64,000 nt of DNA. Origin: Bacteroidota bacterium. GTDB lineage: Bacteria > Bacteroidota > Bacteroidia > Bacteroidales > DYOH01. The DNA is taken from assembly GCA_020048155.1 (NCBI GenBank), contig JAIFMY010000056.1, positions 10,768 to 74,767 of the forward strand, given 5' to 3'. Positions 18,569-28,620 of the stretch are shown in pieces (positions within the stretch are counted from its first letter, which is position 1; every line of letters begins with the position of its first letter). The notes under the pieces were generated by a model. That model was not told the origin of the DNA. It made no database searches and saw only the letters and a list, made by a program, of their open reading frames with translations. The translations under genes were made by a program, and so were the position numbers.

Positions 18569-19723
18569 ATGAAGAACTCAATATATTTCATGCACGCTAA
18601 AAAACTACATATCACACTAGCTATCTGTTTATTAATATCGATTTGGTTAACACAGAGTGTACTTGCACAAACCAAAACAACCACCGGGTACAAAATTGAA
18701 ACGGTGGTTTTGGATGCAGGACATGGAGGAAAAGATCCGGGTGCCCTTGGTAAAAAAAGCCAAGAAAAAGAATTGACCCTAGCATTGGCCCTTAAAGTGG
18801 GAAAATACATTGAGAAAGAATTTCCACATGTAAAGGTAATATATACCCGCAAAACCGATGAATTTATTGAACTGAAACGAAGGGCTGAAATTGCAAATTT
18901 GGCCAAGGCAGATTTATTCATTTCCATACATATAAACGCCAACAAAAAGAAAACGCTTTATGGTACATCTACGTATGTAATGGGAGTAAATAAATCTGCC
19001 GAAAATATAGAACTGGCAAAGCTCGAAAACTCGGTAATAGCCTACGAGAGCAATTATGCGCAAAAATATGATGGTTATGAGCCCGATGCTCCAGAAACAC
19101 ATATCATCATGTCGCTGGTACAAAATGTACATTTGGAACAAAGCTTACTCATGGCCAAGCTCATACAAGATCAATTCAGAATAAGAGCCGGTCGAAACGA
19201 TATGGGTGTAAGACAGGCTGCGCTTGTAGTTTTATGGCAAACTACTATGCCGGCTGTGCTGGTTGAAGCAGGATACATAACCAATGAAACCGAAGAAAAA
19301 TACCTGATGAGTGCGCAAGGACAGGATTTTTTAGCATCGGCAATTTTCAGGGCATTCAAAGAATATAAACAAAAAATAGAGGCACAAAATAAGAAAATAG
19401 TTGTAAATAAAAATGTACCCACACCACGTGAGCTCGCTGATACTTCCTTGGTTAACTTTGGTGTTCAGATTCGTTCGTCGGTAAAGCAGATCTCACTAAA
19501 TTCGAACGAATTAAAAGGTTTTGCCCCTATAAAAGAAGTAGTATACGGTGGGCGATACAACTATATTGTCGGAAATATAAATAATTACGAGGAAGCATTA
19601 ACTTTGCAGAGTGAAATCAGGAAGAAAATTCCGGACGCTTTTTTAGTGGCATTCAAAAATAAGAAGAAAATTAGCATACAAACAGCTCTTGATGAATTGA
19701 AAAAACAACAAAATGGAACGTAA
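18569..19723 (+). CDS. N-acetylmuramoyl-L-alanine amidase (Amidase_3) with a C-terminal SPOR domain
   Basis: VLDAGHGGKDPGA, ISIHINA and EAGYITN motifs are present. The C-terminal FGVQIRSS...YNYIVGNINNYEEALTLQSEIRKKIPDAFLVAF is SPOR-like. An alternative start exists at 18590. Confidence 0.85.
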   Translation: MKNSIYFMHAKKLHITLAICLLISIWLTQSVLAQTKTTTGYKIETVVLDAGHGGKDPGALGKKSQEKELTLALALKVGKYIEKEFPHVKVIYTRKTDEFIELKRRAEIANLAKADLFISIHINANKKKTLYGTSTYVMGVNKSAENIELAKLENSVIAYESNYAQKYDGYEPDAPETHIIMSLVQNVHLEQSLLMAKLIQDQFRIRAGRNDMGVRQAALVVLWQTTMPAVLVEAGYITNETEEKYLMSAQGQDFLASAIFRAFKEYKQKIEAQNKKIVVNKNVPTPRELADTSLVNFGVQIRSSVKQISLNSNELKGFAPIKEVVYGGRYNYIVGNINNYEEALTLQSEIRKKIPDAFLVAFKNKKKISIQTALDELKKQQNGT

Positions 19724-20750
19724 ACGTGTTATAAAAATAGGATTGTTGGCAATTACCAGTATACTAGCGCTTATCTTAGGTAGTAACTATCTGAAAGGCA
19801 TTTATTTATTTGATAAGGATAAAGTATATATGGCAGTATACGACAAAATAGACGGCTTGGTAGTAGCTAGTCCGGTGCTTATAAATGGCTTCAGGGTAGG
19901 TCAGGTGCGCGATATCAGTTTTTTGCAAGGTGCCTCAGGTCGGATTCTTGTAAAACTTGCCATCGAAGATCAGTATCAATTGCCCAAGGGAACCTCAGCT
20001 TTTATATATAGTACTGATATCATGGGTACTAAAGGCGTAAAACTATTAATGAGCTCCAATACGGAATACCACTCACCCAAAGACACACTGCTAACCGGGA
20101 TTGAAGGCGACCTGAAGGATCAGGTAAGTATGCAAATGTTACCTCTCAAAAATAAAGCAGAGAGCCTCATGCTGCAAGTAGACTCTGTGCTTGCTGTGGT
20201 TAGATATATATTTGATGAAAACACAAGAGCCAACTTGGCCAGTAGTTTTGCAAGCATCAAAAACACCATTGCCAATTTAGAAAGCACTACTTATACTTTT
20301 GATACACTTGTGACTACTGAGAAACGAAAACTGGCTAGTATTATATCCAACGTTGAATCCATTACTGCCAACCTCAAAAACAACAATGAGCCGTTGACCA
20401 AAGCTATCAAGAATTTTTCGGATATAAGCGACTCACTTGCCAAATCTGACCTGAAAAATACAATTACAAATGCCAATGCAGCGCTTGTATCTTTCAATGA
20501 TTTAATGACCAAAGCCACCAAAGGTGATGGCACTATATCGCAACTCCTCAACAACGATACGCTCTATACCAATATTGAAAACGCCACTTACAACCTCAAC
20601 CGCTTGCTGCGCGATATGCGCGAGAATCCTAAACGTTATGTGCATTTTTCTGCTTTCGACTTTGGACGAACTATATATATCGAAGATTCTGATTCGAAAA
20701 AAGCTAAGAAATATATTGAGGAAGAGGAAGATAAGAAAACTGATAAATAA
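19713..20750 (+). CDS. MlaD/MCE family protein
   Basis: N-terminal TM helix, then the MCE core GLVVASPVLINGFRVGQVRDI. The C-terminal part is long and helical. The start overlaps the amidase stop by 11 nt. Confidence 0.8.
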   Translation: MERKRVIKIGLLAITSILALILGSNYLKGIYLFDKDKVYMAVYDKIDGLVVASPVLINGFRVGQVRDISFLQGASGRILVKLAIEDQYQLPKGTSAFIYSTDIMGTKGVKLLMSSNTEYHSPKDTLLTGIEGDLKDQVSMQMLPLKNKAESLMLQVDSVLAVVRYIFDENTRANLASSFASIKNTIANLESTTYTFDTLVTTEKRKLASIISNVESITANLKNNNEPLTKAIKNFSDISDSLAKSDLKNTITNANAALVSFNDLMTKATKGDGTISQLLNNDTLYTNIENATYNLNRLLRDMRENPKRYVHFSAFDFGRTIYIEDSDSKKAKKYIEEEEDKKTDK

Positions 20751-20989
20751 CTCAACTGATTTTGTACTGAACTGAATTTTCTTACAATTGTAAACATATG
20801 AATATCAAAGTAAGTCTTAAAGCGCACATGAATACAACCATTTTAATCAAATCCAATTTTTTGTAAAAATAGACGAGGTCTGTTATAATGATAAAGTATA
20901 GTTTTGTTAAATTTATTTTTCGACTATAGAGATGGATTTGAAACGCAATGAATAGATAAAAAAGTGGATTAAACCTCATAAAAAAAGTT

Positions 20990-21042
20990 ACACCACATAT
21001 TTACAAATTGCCAGATAGTTAGCAATTGTAAAATGTGGTGTT
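20990..21042. other. Long near-perfect hairpin in an AT-rich 380-nt intergenic region
   Basis: ACACCACATATTTACAAATTGC (20990-21011) pairs with GCAATTGTAAAATGTGGTGT (21022-21041), with two bulges and a 10-nt loop. Confidence 0.5.
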
Positions 21043-21131
21043 TAACTTTAAAAAACAATATATCAATAATCTACAACTAAAATCTCAATAAAAATCTTAT
21101 TATTTACATTCCAAATGTAAACTAAAGATTA

Positions 21132-22943
21132 TCAAAACAATCCATTATTCTGATATATTTCCATTTGTACATCATAAAACGGATTTACCCTGCTAGTGGT
21201 TCCTTTTGTAACATTCACCACTTCACCAGTTTCCATATTCACACGCAAGATATTGCCATCTGCAAGTTGCAAACCGTCTAAGCTACTATATGTAAGTATG
21301 GGCAAGGCAGCATTTATGGCGTTTCTTTCGTATATGGCACCATACGACTCTGCAAGAATTGCGCTCACCCCCAATGCCAAGAAGCAATCAACCGCTTGCT
21401 GACGAGAGCTTCCTGCGCCAAAATTTTTGCCTGTAACAATGATATCACCCGGTTTGGCCATTTTTGCAAATTGTTCATATCCCTTCAGATTATCAAATGC
21501 ATACTGTCCCATTTCTTTCATATCGGTGATGGCGAGATATCGATTATGAAAAATCATATCGGTGTCTATATTATCTTCCAATATGTACCATACACGCCCT
21601 TCTACAATATTGCTTTTTTGTACAGCATTCTTAGTATTCTCCAATACATTAGCCTCATGTTCAGATTGCTGCAAGGCATCAAAAAGCATAGGGATGTCGG
21701 GTATTTCTTCGGGGGAAGTGATATAACCTGCAATAGCAGATGCAGCAACAACCTCTGGTGATGCAAGGTACACTTCGCCATTTCCTTGTTTACCCGGAAA
21801 ATTTCGATTTCCGGTGCTTATTGTTACTTCACCCGGACCATTCATACCCACCTGCCCAGCTGCACATCCGGCACAACCGGCATTAGAAACCATGGCGCCC
21901 GAGTTTTTGAATAACTGAATAAGTCCTTCGCTCAGAGCCTGAAGCCATACCTCGTTGGTAGCCGGAACAATTTTAAGCACCACGCCCGGTGCTACTTTTC
22001 TCCCTTTGAGTACTTTTGCAGCTGCACGCAAGTCATCTATCCGCCCATTGGTGCAACTGCCAATGAAAGCAGAGTCAATTTTACGTTTGAAAACTTTCTC
22101 GATAACAATTGTATCATGTGGCTTGCCCGGTAATGAAATCATTTGCCTGAACGACTCTATATCAATTGTATGCAATTGGGTATAACTTGCATCGAAATCG
22201 GCTTTGAGGGGCGGTATGGTGCGTCCGGTGCGTTCTGAACAATAATCCAGAATTTCCTGGTTGGGTTCAAACAACAGAATGATTACCCCCATCTCAGTTC
22301 CCATAGATGCTATTGTAATGCGTTCATCCAAGGTCAGTTTATCTATTTCTTCGCCATATAGTTCAACCGAAGTACCAAGCAACTTATTGGCGCCAAATAT
22401 ATTAAGTAAATTGAGGGCAATATCTTTTGCTGTAATATTTGCCGGACGTATACCAACAAAATTAAGTTTTACACTTTCGGGAACCTTAAACCAAACTTTC
22501 CCCTTGTGCCATGCCACAGCTATATCCTGGTCGCCCATTCCTTGCCCGAAAGCACCAATGGCGCCAAGTATATTGGCATGCGAATCGGTAGTAACTGCAG
22601 TTGCTCCAGGGTAAGCAAGCCCTTCGTTTATGAAAGTATGTGTTCCTATTCCGTTGTCTATATCAAAAATGCGAATCCCTCTGTCACGGGCAAATTTCCT
22701 GCAATACTGCTGATTGGCAGCATATTTCTGGTCGGAGCCAGTAGGATTGGTATCAAAAGTAAAAAAGGTTTTGGAAATATTTTCTACTTCGAGTTTCATT
22801 TCGGTTAGGTGTTTCACCACATTGGGGCCACCAAAATCGCGTGCAGCACGCACATCTATCTCCACATCTATTATATCACCCGGCTTTACGCTGCTGTATT
22901 TTGAGTGCGCAGCCAGTATCTTTTCAATCAGGTTCATTCCCAT
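21132..22943 (-). CDS. Aconitase-family dehydratase with large (LeuC/HacA-like) and small (LeuD/HacB-like) subunits fused
   Basis: 603 aa. Fe-S ligand motifs are GSCTNGR and NAGCAGCAAGQ. The C-terminal roughly 160 aa carry the swivel-domain motif GKNFGAGSSRQQA. Confidence 0.8.
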   Translation of the reverse strand: MGMNLIEKILAAHSKYSSVKPGDIIDVEIDVRAARDFGGPNVVKHLTEMKLEVENISKTFFTFDTNPTGSDQKYAANQQYCRKFARDRGIRIFDIDNGIGTHTFINEGLAYPGATAVTTDSHANILGAIGAFGQGMGDQDIAVAWHKGKVWFKVPESVKLNFVGIRPANITAKDIALNLLNIFGANKLLGTSVELYGEEIDKLTLDERITIASMGTEMGVIILLFEPNQEILDYCSERTGRTIPPLKADFDASYTQLHTIDIESFRQMISLPGKPHDTIVIEKVFKRKIDSAFIGSCTNGRIDDLRAAAKVLKGRKVAPGVVLKIVPATNEVWLQALSEGLIQLFKNSGAMVSNAGCAGCAAGQVGMNGPGEVTISTGNRNFPGKQGNGEVYLASPEVVAASAIAGYITSPEEIPDIPMLFDALQQSEHEANVLENTKNAVQKSNIVEGRVWYILEDNIDTDMIFHNRYLAITDMKEMGQYAFDNLKGYEQFAKMAKPGDIIVTGKNFGAGSSRQQAVDCFLALGVSAILAESYGAIYERNAINAALPILTYSSLDGLQLADGNILRVNMETGEVVNVTKGTTSRVNPFYDVQMEIYQNNGLF

Positions 22944-23180
22944 ATTTCAAACGATTTAGGTTCTTATATTTTGTTTACAAAAATAAAATTCACTTTCGAA
23001 CTTTAATATGATTTATCTCTTTTATACAGAATCTAAATAGTATTTCATATCTTTGAATAAGAAAGTTTACTTTTGTATATCCATTATGCTTGATATACTG
23101 TACCTTAGACAATATTCACAACATGTGTTGAATGTTTAAATACGGACACTTTCTAAACAAAAATTGTAAACCAAGGTTTT

Positions 23181-23933
23181 ATGCAAACTAATCTGACAGA
23201 GACCAATTTGAGAGCAGCTGCTGAAGCAATTTTACAATCGAGGCATACATCGGTTTTTACTGGCGCAGGTATTTCAGTAGAGAGCGGCATTCCTCCTTTC
23301 AGAGGTGCAAACGGGGTATGGAGCAAATACGATCCGCAGTCGCTCGATTTAAGCTTTTTCCATAATAATCCGCATACCTCATGGATTACCATTCGTGAAA
23401 TTTTTTATTCATACTTCGGGAATGCAGAACCGAATACTGCACATAGGTGCTTGGCAGCACTCGAAAGCAAAGGCCTAATAAAGGCTATTATTACTCAAAA
23501 TATTGACAATTTGCACCAAATGGCCGGTAGCAAGAATGTAATTGAATTTCATGGAAATGCTCATACACTGGTATGCACTACCTGCGATTCCAAATATCCG
23601 GTTTCGCGCATCAATCTGAGCCAAATACCCCCACTTTGTATTCTGGACAAAGGGGTGCTGAAACCCGATTTTATTTTTTTTGGTGAAAACATTCCTACAG
23701 ATGCATATGAACAAGCCAAATACGAAATGGAACACTCTGAAGTACTGCTCGTAATAGGCAGTTCGGGCGAAGTTGTACCTGCTTCATATTTGCCTGATCT
23801 TGCCAAACGAAACAGAGCTATAATCATAGAAATAAATCCGGAAAGAACCACTTTTACCGATAGAATTACCAATATTTTTTTACGTGGAAAAGCCAGTGAA
23901 ATTCTTGAACGTCTGAATGGGTATTTATTATAA
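23181..23933 (+). CDS. cobB: NAD-dependent protein deacylase (Sir2/CobB family)
   Basis: 250 aa. GAGISVESGIPPFRG, ITQNIDNLH, HG...C..C, and GSSGEV are present. Confidence 0.85.
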   Translation: MQTNLTETNLRAAAEAILQSRHTSVFTGAGISVESGIPPFRGANGVWSKYDPQSLDLSFFHNNPHTSWITIREIFYSYFGNAEPNTAHRCLAALESKGLIKAIITQNIDNLHQMAGSKNVIEFHGNAHTLVCTTCDSKYPVSRINLSQIPPLCILDKGVLKPDFIFFGENIPTDAYEQAKYEMEHSEVLLVIGSSGEVVPASYLPDLAKRNRAIIIEINPERTTFTDRITNIFLRGKASEILERLNGYLL

Positions 23934-23981
23934 TTTGATTATCTTTAAACTTAGCATAAATATTTCATAAAATCTTGTTAT

Positions 23982-24866
23982 ATGAAGACTTACATTCTTT
24001 TGGCGCTGGCTTTGCTTTGCTTGAGTACTGCCTGCAACCAGGCAACCGAAAACTCAGAAAGGAAAGAATTACAGGAAGATACTTCTACTGTTGCTGTTAC
24101 TTTGTACAGAATTCCATCTCCCATCGAGATGTTTTCTTTTTTGAAGACCAACGATATACCATTTTCTGCCAATGTTCTCAACCCTATTGGCAACTGGCAG
24201 AACTATACCGATAGTAAAGCGCAAGCTATCAACTTAGGTATTTATACTACCGACCTAGCATATTCGGCAGCATACGAGCAATATCAGGAAGCCATTTTGT
24301 ATTTCGATTTAGTCAGGAAATTGGGGGACAAAGTGGGGATTTCAGCTGTTTTCAATCAACCCTTGGTAAGCCGTATTGAAAACAATTTAAACCATTCAGA
24401 TTCGTTGCTCAATATTTCTTCTCAGTCATACTACCAGATTATCAATTTCCTGAATGAAAACCAACGTGGCCCGCAGGTAGCTCTCATTGCTGCAGCCGGC
24501 TGGCTCGAAGCCATATATATAGTAACCCAAAAAGTGAATTTAACTACGTCTGATGCAGAAACTTTTCAACGTATAGCCGACCAGAGGCTAACCATTGAAA
24601 ACCTGATGCCTATGCTGGATCAAAACAAAGACAATGAAGATGTGGCCAGCACAATTGAAGACTTCAGGCCTGTCATAGATTTTTTCATGAATCTGAAACC
24701 ATCCGAAAATAAGGAAACCTCTTATCAGAATACAAATGAAACTCTTAGTGTTACTGGCGGAGTTACCTATACCATCACCAAAGAACAAATTACTGAGCTC
24801 TCGGCTTTGGTAGCTGATTTACGTAGTAAATATGTGGGCGTACCTATTACTAAAAAAATGAATTAA
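23982..24866 (+). CDS. Hypothetical helical lipoprotein
   Basis: 294 aa with a lipobox (LCLSTAC). No recognisable domain. Confidence 0.55.
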   Translation: MKTYILLALALLCLSTACNQATENSERKELQEDTSTVAVTLYRIPSPIEMFSFLKTNDIPFSANVLNPIGNWQNYTDSKAQAINLGIYTTDLAYSAAYEQYQEAILYFDLVRKLGDKVGISAVFNQPLVSRIENNLNHSDSLLNISSQSYYQIINFLNENQRGPQVALIAAAGWLEAIYIVTQKVNLTTSDAETFQRIADQRLTIENLMPMLDQNKDNEDVASTIEDFRPVIDFFMNLKPSENKETSYQNTNETLSVTGGVTYTITKEQITELSALVADLRSKYVGVPITKKMN

Positions 24867-24932
24867 TGTACATTGGCATGATGTAGCTATCTGAAATATT
24901 TCTCAAACAATAATCATGAAAGAATAATTGCA

Positions 24933-25334
24933 ATGAATCTAAAAAGTATAATATTCCTGTTACTGAGCATAGTTTCGCCGTATTATTTGACTGCTCAAGA
25001 TTACGAGTTCGATGATCAATCGGGGAATCTGGAAATAAAGACCAGAGAATTTACCAAAATTTCGGTCATCATGTACAAAGACTATGAGTATAAAGTATCA
25101 TTCATGGCCGATGAATATGTAGGAAAAGTTCATTTTAAAATACGGGAAGACAACGCGGGTAAAAAAGTACTTTTCGACAATTCAACCGCATCTTATTCGC
25201 AGGAAAAAAAAATAAAGCTGGAAAATACAACAAAATTACTCATAGAAGTCAGAATTCCGGAAGGCCTCAACAAATCGGAAGATGCCGTAAATAAAGGTTG
25301 GGTTGCGCTTCTCATAGAGCACAGGCGTAAATAG
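24933..25334 (+). CDS. Hypothetical small secreted protein
   Basis: 133 aa with a signal peptide (IIFLLLSIVSPYYLTAQ). The remainder looks beta-rich. Confidence 0.5.
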   Translation: MNLKSIIFLLLSIVSPYYLTAQDYEFDDQSGNLEIKTREFTKISVIMYKDYEYKVSFMADEYVGKVHFKIREDNAGKKVLFDNSTASYSQEKKIKLENTTKLLIEVRIPEGLNKSEDAVNKGWVALLIEHRRK

Positions 25335-25355
25335 TATTTATACCCTATACCACTT

Positions 25356-26390
25356 TTAATTTCCCACAAAAGCAAAATACGCGGGTATTATGCCTGTAGT
25401 GTGTGTATATAGTTTTTGTCCAAGGTGAGTATATACACTGAAGCTACCATGAGAGATGTAATCTTTGGCATCCGTTACATATACATTTCCGGTACCGGGG
25501 TGTATACTCATTCCATAATAAATCTGTCCTGTACTCTGCGCAAAAGCCTGTGTAGGGAGCTGCGTATCTGAAATCCCCATTTTATACACATGATTATCTA
25601 TGAAATACAAATTTAGCCCTTCATGATCTACCAATAAACGCGATGGGTATGAATTGGTATTGGAAAATGGGAAGGTAGCCACCAGATTAAAATCTGAAAG
25701 CGATATTCTGCTCAAAGCAGCCTGAGTGCGGTTGAGCACCCCACCATCTGAAAGTACCCATAGCTGATTGTCGGCATCTATGGCCATTGAATTGGGTTCA
25801 TTGTGCACAACAACAGAGTCGAGTACTTCGCCAGAATTTTTATCGAGTTTATACACTACATTCCCTTTTCGCCAGGCACAAGCGTATACATAGTCGGTGT
25901 GCAAAAGCATGGTTTCGAGTGTACGAGGAACAGAAATTTTGCGTATGATGTTATTGTCCTTCAGCCCAATAAGGGTTATAGCACGCTCGCTAAGGTCTGA
26001 AACCCACGCCGTAGAATCGGTAACTTGAAGGAAGTAACGTGGCGAAATAAGGCCACTTATCGAAGAAATTTGCTTGAACGATTCTTTTTCCAATACTTCA
26101 ATTTTGCCTGAATTGTTGACTACCAAATAAAACTTATTACCTACAGGTACCATGTGCATGGCTACATCGCCCAGTTTTTTTCCGTTTTTCCCCACATATA
26201 TATTATGGTAAACGGTATCTTGGGTCTCGTCGAAAAAAGATACTTCAGCATTTCCAGCCCTGAAATTTCCTTCATTTATGATGAATACACCATCGGTATA
26301 TTTCCCCTGAGAGGCAATGGGCTCGGGTTTATCTTCGCAACTTAAAAAAGTAAAAAAAAGGATATAAAGAAGAATTATGTTTTTATGCAT
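25356..26390 (-). CDS. Beta-propeller surface lipoprotein (DUF5074 / YncE-like)
   Basis: 344 aa. Lipobox FTFLSC, then GVFIINEGNFRAGNAEVSFFD, which is the signature start of DUF5074-type propellers. Confidence 0.6.
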   Translation of the reverse strand: MHKNIILLYILFFTFLSCEDKPEPIASQGKYTDGVFIINEGNFRAGNAEVSFFDETQDTVYHNIYVGKNGKKLGDVAMHMVPVGNKFYLVVNNSGKIEVLEKESFKQISSISGLISPRYFLQVTDSTAWVSDLSERAITLIGLKDNNIIRKISVPRTLETMLLHTDYVYACAWRKGNVVYKLDKNSGEVLDSVVVHNEPNSMAIDADNQLWVLSDGGVLNRTQAALSRISLSDFNLVATFPFSNTNSYPSRLLVDHEGLNLYFIDNHVYKMGISDTQLPTQAFAQSTGQIYYGMSIHPGTGNVYVTDAKDYISHGSFSVYTHLGQKLYTHTTGIIPAYFAFVGN

Positions 26391-26398
26391 TAGATAGG

Positions 26399-28492
26399 TT
26401 AGCTTATGAGTGACCAGTTAGACTCTCTGTTTTTGTAATTACGCAAAGTTTCAGCCAGTGCGCTATGTTCGGGTTTTTCGAGCAAAGGATCGTCTTTTAC
26501 CAATGCATCGGCCATATCTCTGGCTTTCTGTAAAATAATACCATCTTCGGCCAAATTGGCAATTTTCAGGTCGAAAGGCATTCCGCTTTGTTGGGTGCCA
26601 TCCATGTCGCCCGGGCCGCGCAGTTGCATGTCTACTTCTGCTATTCTGAATCCGTCCTGGGTTTCGCACATGGTTTGAATGCGCTTTCGCCCGTCGGAAG
26701 TAAGTTTCACGGTAGTCATAAGCACACAATAAGATTGTTCAGCTCCCCTGCCTACCCTGCCGCGCAACTGATGCAGTTGCGATAGCCCGAATCTTTCAGC
26801 ATTTTCTATTACCATTACTGAAGCATTGGGCACATTTACCCCTACCTCTATGACCGTAGTAGCCACCATAATATGAGTTTGCCCTTTTACGAACAACTCC
26901 ATATTCCGGTTTTTATCATCAGGTTTCATTTGGCCATGCAGCACACTACTGGCATACTGCGGTGGCGGAAAGGCTCGTGTTATGCTTTCTATTCCATCTT
27001 CGAGGTGCTTTATGTCCAATTTTTCAGATTCTTTGATGAGCGGATACACAATGTAAACTTGTCGGCCCTTTGCAATTTCGTCGCGCAAAAATTTAAACAA
27101 CCTCAAACGTTGATGGTCGTACATATGTGTAGTAACCACAGGCTTGCGTCCTGGGGGCAACTCATCGAGCACAGAAATATCCAAATCGCCATACAGAGTG
27201 AGAGCCAATGTGCGAGGTATGGGAGTAGCGGTCATCACCACTACATGGGGCGGTATTACACTTTTAGCCCAAAGTCGGGCACGTTGCGCTACACCAAATC
27301 GGTGCTGCTCGTCTATCACCACCAACGCCAGATTTTTGAAAACAACCACATCTTCGAGCAAGGCATGTGTGCCTATGAGTATATGCAAAGCACCCGACTG
27401 CAAATCTTCATGTATCTCAGTGCGAACCTTTTTGCGCGTACTCCCCGTAAGTAAAGCTATTTTCAGAGGCATCCCACTCAGCATTTGGGTGATGGTTTGG
27501 TAGTGCTGGGTAGCTAGTATTTCGGTAGGCGCCATCAGGCATGCCTGAAAACCATTATCGTTGGCCAAAAGCATAAGTAACAAAGCTACTAGGGTTTTAC
27601 CACTGCCCACGTCTCCTTGCAGCAAGCGGTTCATGTGTTTCCCGGTACCCATATCTTTTCGCATTTCACGTATTACCCTTTTCTGGGCCTCGGTAAGCGG
27701 AAATGGCAACAGATGATTATAGAAATGATTGAAATACTCACCTACCACCGAAAAAACATGTCCTTTCCATTCAACTTTTCGCAACCCCTTGTTTTGAACC
27801 AAATAAAGCTGAATGAGAAACAACTCATCAAACTTTAGGCGAAACTGTGCACGGCGAAAAAGCAAATCGTCGCTCGGAAAATGTATGGTTCGAATAGCCT
27901 GTTGCAATGGCAAAAGACCGAGTTCTTTGATTACACTTTCGGGCAAATAGTCATTTATTTCAACTCCCAGAACCTGAAACACCAGGTTGCGAATATATCG
28001 GGTATTTATAGCCTTGTCTTTGAGTGAATCCGGTATGCGGTATATGCCTTGCAAACCTTGTTCAAGCCTGCTTTTTACAACCAGCGGATCTTCAATTTCG
28101 GGATGTGGAAATGAAATGGTATTCTTAAACTGATTGGGCTTTCCAAAAACAATATACTCTTTTTTGAGTTTGTAGCTTTCGGTTACCCAGCTTTGGTTTC
28201 CAAACCAAATGACATCTACAGTGCCACTTTCATCTTTGAAAGTACCCACAATACGTTTAGCTTTGCCTGCACCTTCGTTGCGAAAAGCTATGAAATAGCC
28301 TTTTATCTGAATATAAGTACTTGGATCGTTGAGCTCGGAAATAAGGTGAAACTTAGACCTATCGATATACCTGAACGGGTAATAGCCAAGCAAATCAGCA
28401 ACAGTGCGCAATCGCAGGTGCTCTATGAGTTTCTGAGCACGTGCTGCACCTACCCCGGTCAAAAATTTAAGTTCGGTATGTACACTTAGCAT
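26399..28492 (-). CDS. recG: ATP-dependent DNA helicase RecG
   Basis: 697 aa. GDVGSGKT (Walker A), DEQHRFG, and the LRGRVGRG motif are present, preceded by an N-terminal wedge domain. Confidence 0.95.
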   Translation of the reverse strand: MLSVHTELKFLTGVGAARAQKLIEHLRLRTVADLLGYYPFRYIDRSKFHLISELNDPSTYIQIKGYFIAFRNEGAGKAKRIVGTFKDESGTVDVIWFGNQSWVTESYKLKKEYIVFGKPNQFKNTISFPHPEIEDPLVVKSRLEQGLQGIYRIPDSLKDKAINTRYIRNLVFQVLGVEINDYLPESVIKELGLLPLQQAIRTIHFPSDDLLFRRAQFRLKFDELFLIQLYLVQNKGLRKVEWKGHVFSVVGEYFNHFYNHLLPFPLTEAQKRVIREMRKDMGTGKHMNRLLQGDVGSGKTLVALLLMLLANDNGFQACLMAPTEILATQHYQTITQMLSGMPLKIALLTGSTRKKVRTEIHEDLQSGALHILIGTHALLEDVVVFKNLALVVIDEQHRFGVAQRARLWAKSVIPPHVVVMTATPIPRTLALTLYGDLDISVLDELPPGRKPVVTTHMYDHQRLRLFKFLRDEIAKGRQVYIVYPLIKESEKLDIKHLEDGIESITRAFPPPQYASSVLHGQMKPDDKNRNMELFVKGQTHIMVATTVIEVGVNVPNASVMVIENAERFGLSQLHQLRGRVGRGAEQSYCVLMTTVKLTSDGRKRIQTMCETQDGFRIAEVDMQLRGPGDMDGTQQSGMPFDLKIANLAEDGIILQKARDMADALVKDDPLLEKPEHSALAETLRNYKNRESNWSLIS

Positions 28493-28586
28493 ATTCCAAA
28501 AATATATACAGAATGTAAAAATGAAAAAAAAATAGACAGCAAACCGATATATTTATTCATTTTATTGGAAAATCGCACATATGAAT

Positions 28587-28594
28587 TAATTTTG
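28587..28594 (+). promoter_or_regulatory. Candidate -7 promoter element, TAATTTTG
   Basis: Exact TAnnTTTG match 27 nt upstream of the ATG at 28621. Confidence 0.35.
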
Positions 28595-28620
28595 AATGCG
28601 AAATATGCCAACTACGAAAT

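Noticed and set aside
23181-23933. Sir2-domain protein as a possible anti-phage effector (Thoeris ThsA or DSR-like)
   Set aside because: It is only 250 aa, with the full housekeeping sirtuin motif set and no SLOG, TIR or large N-terminal partner domain or neighbour. It looks like an ordinary CobB-type deacylase. The second zinc-ribbon Cys pair appears incomplete by eye, but that needs an alignment.
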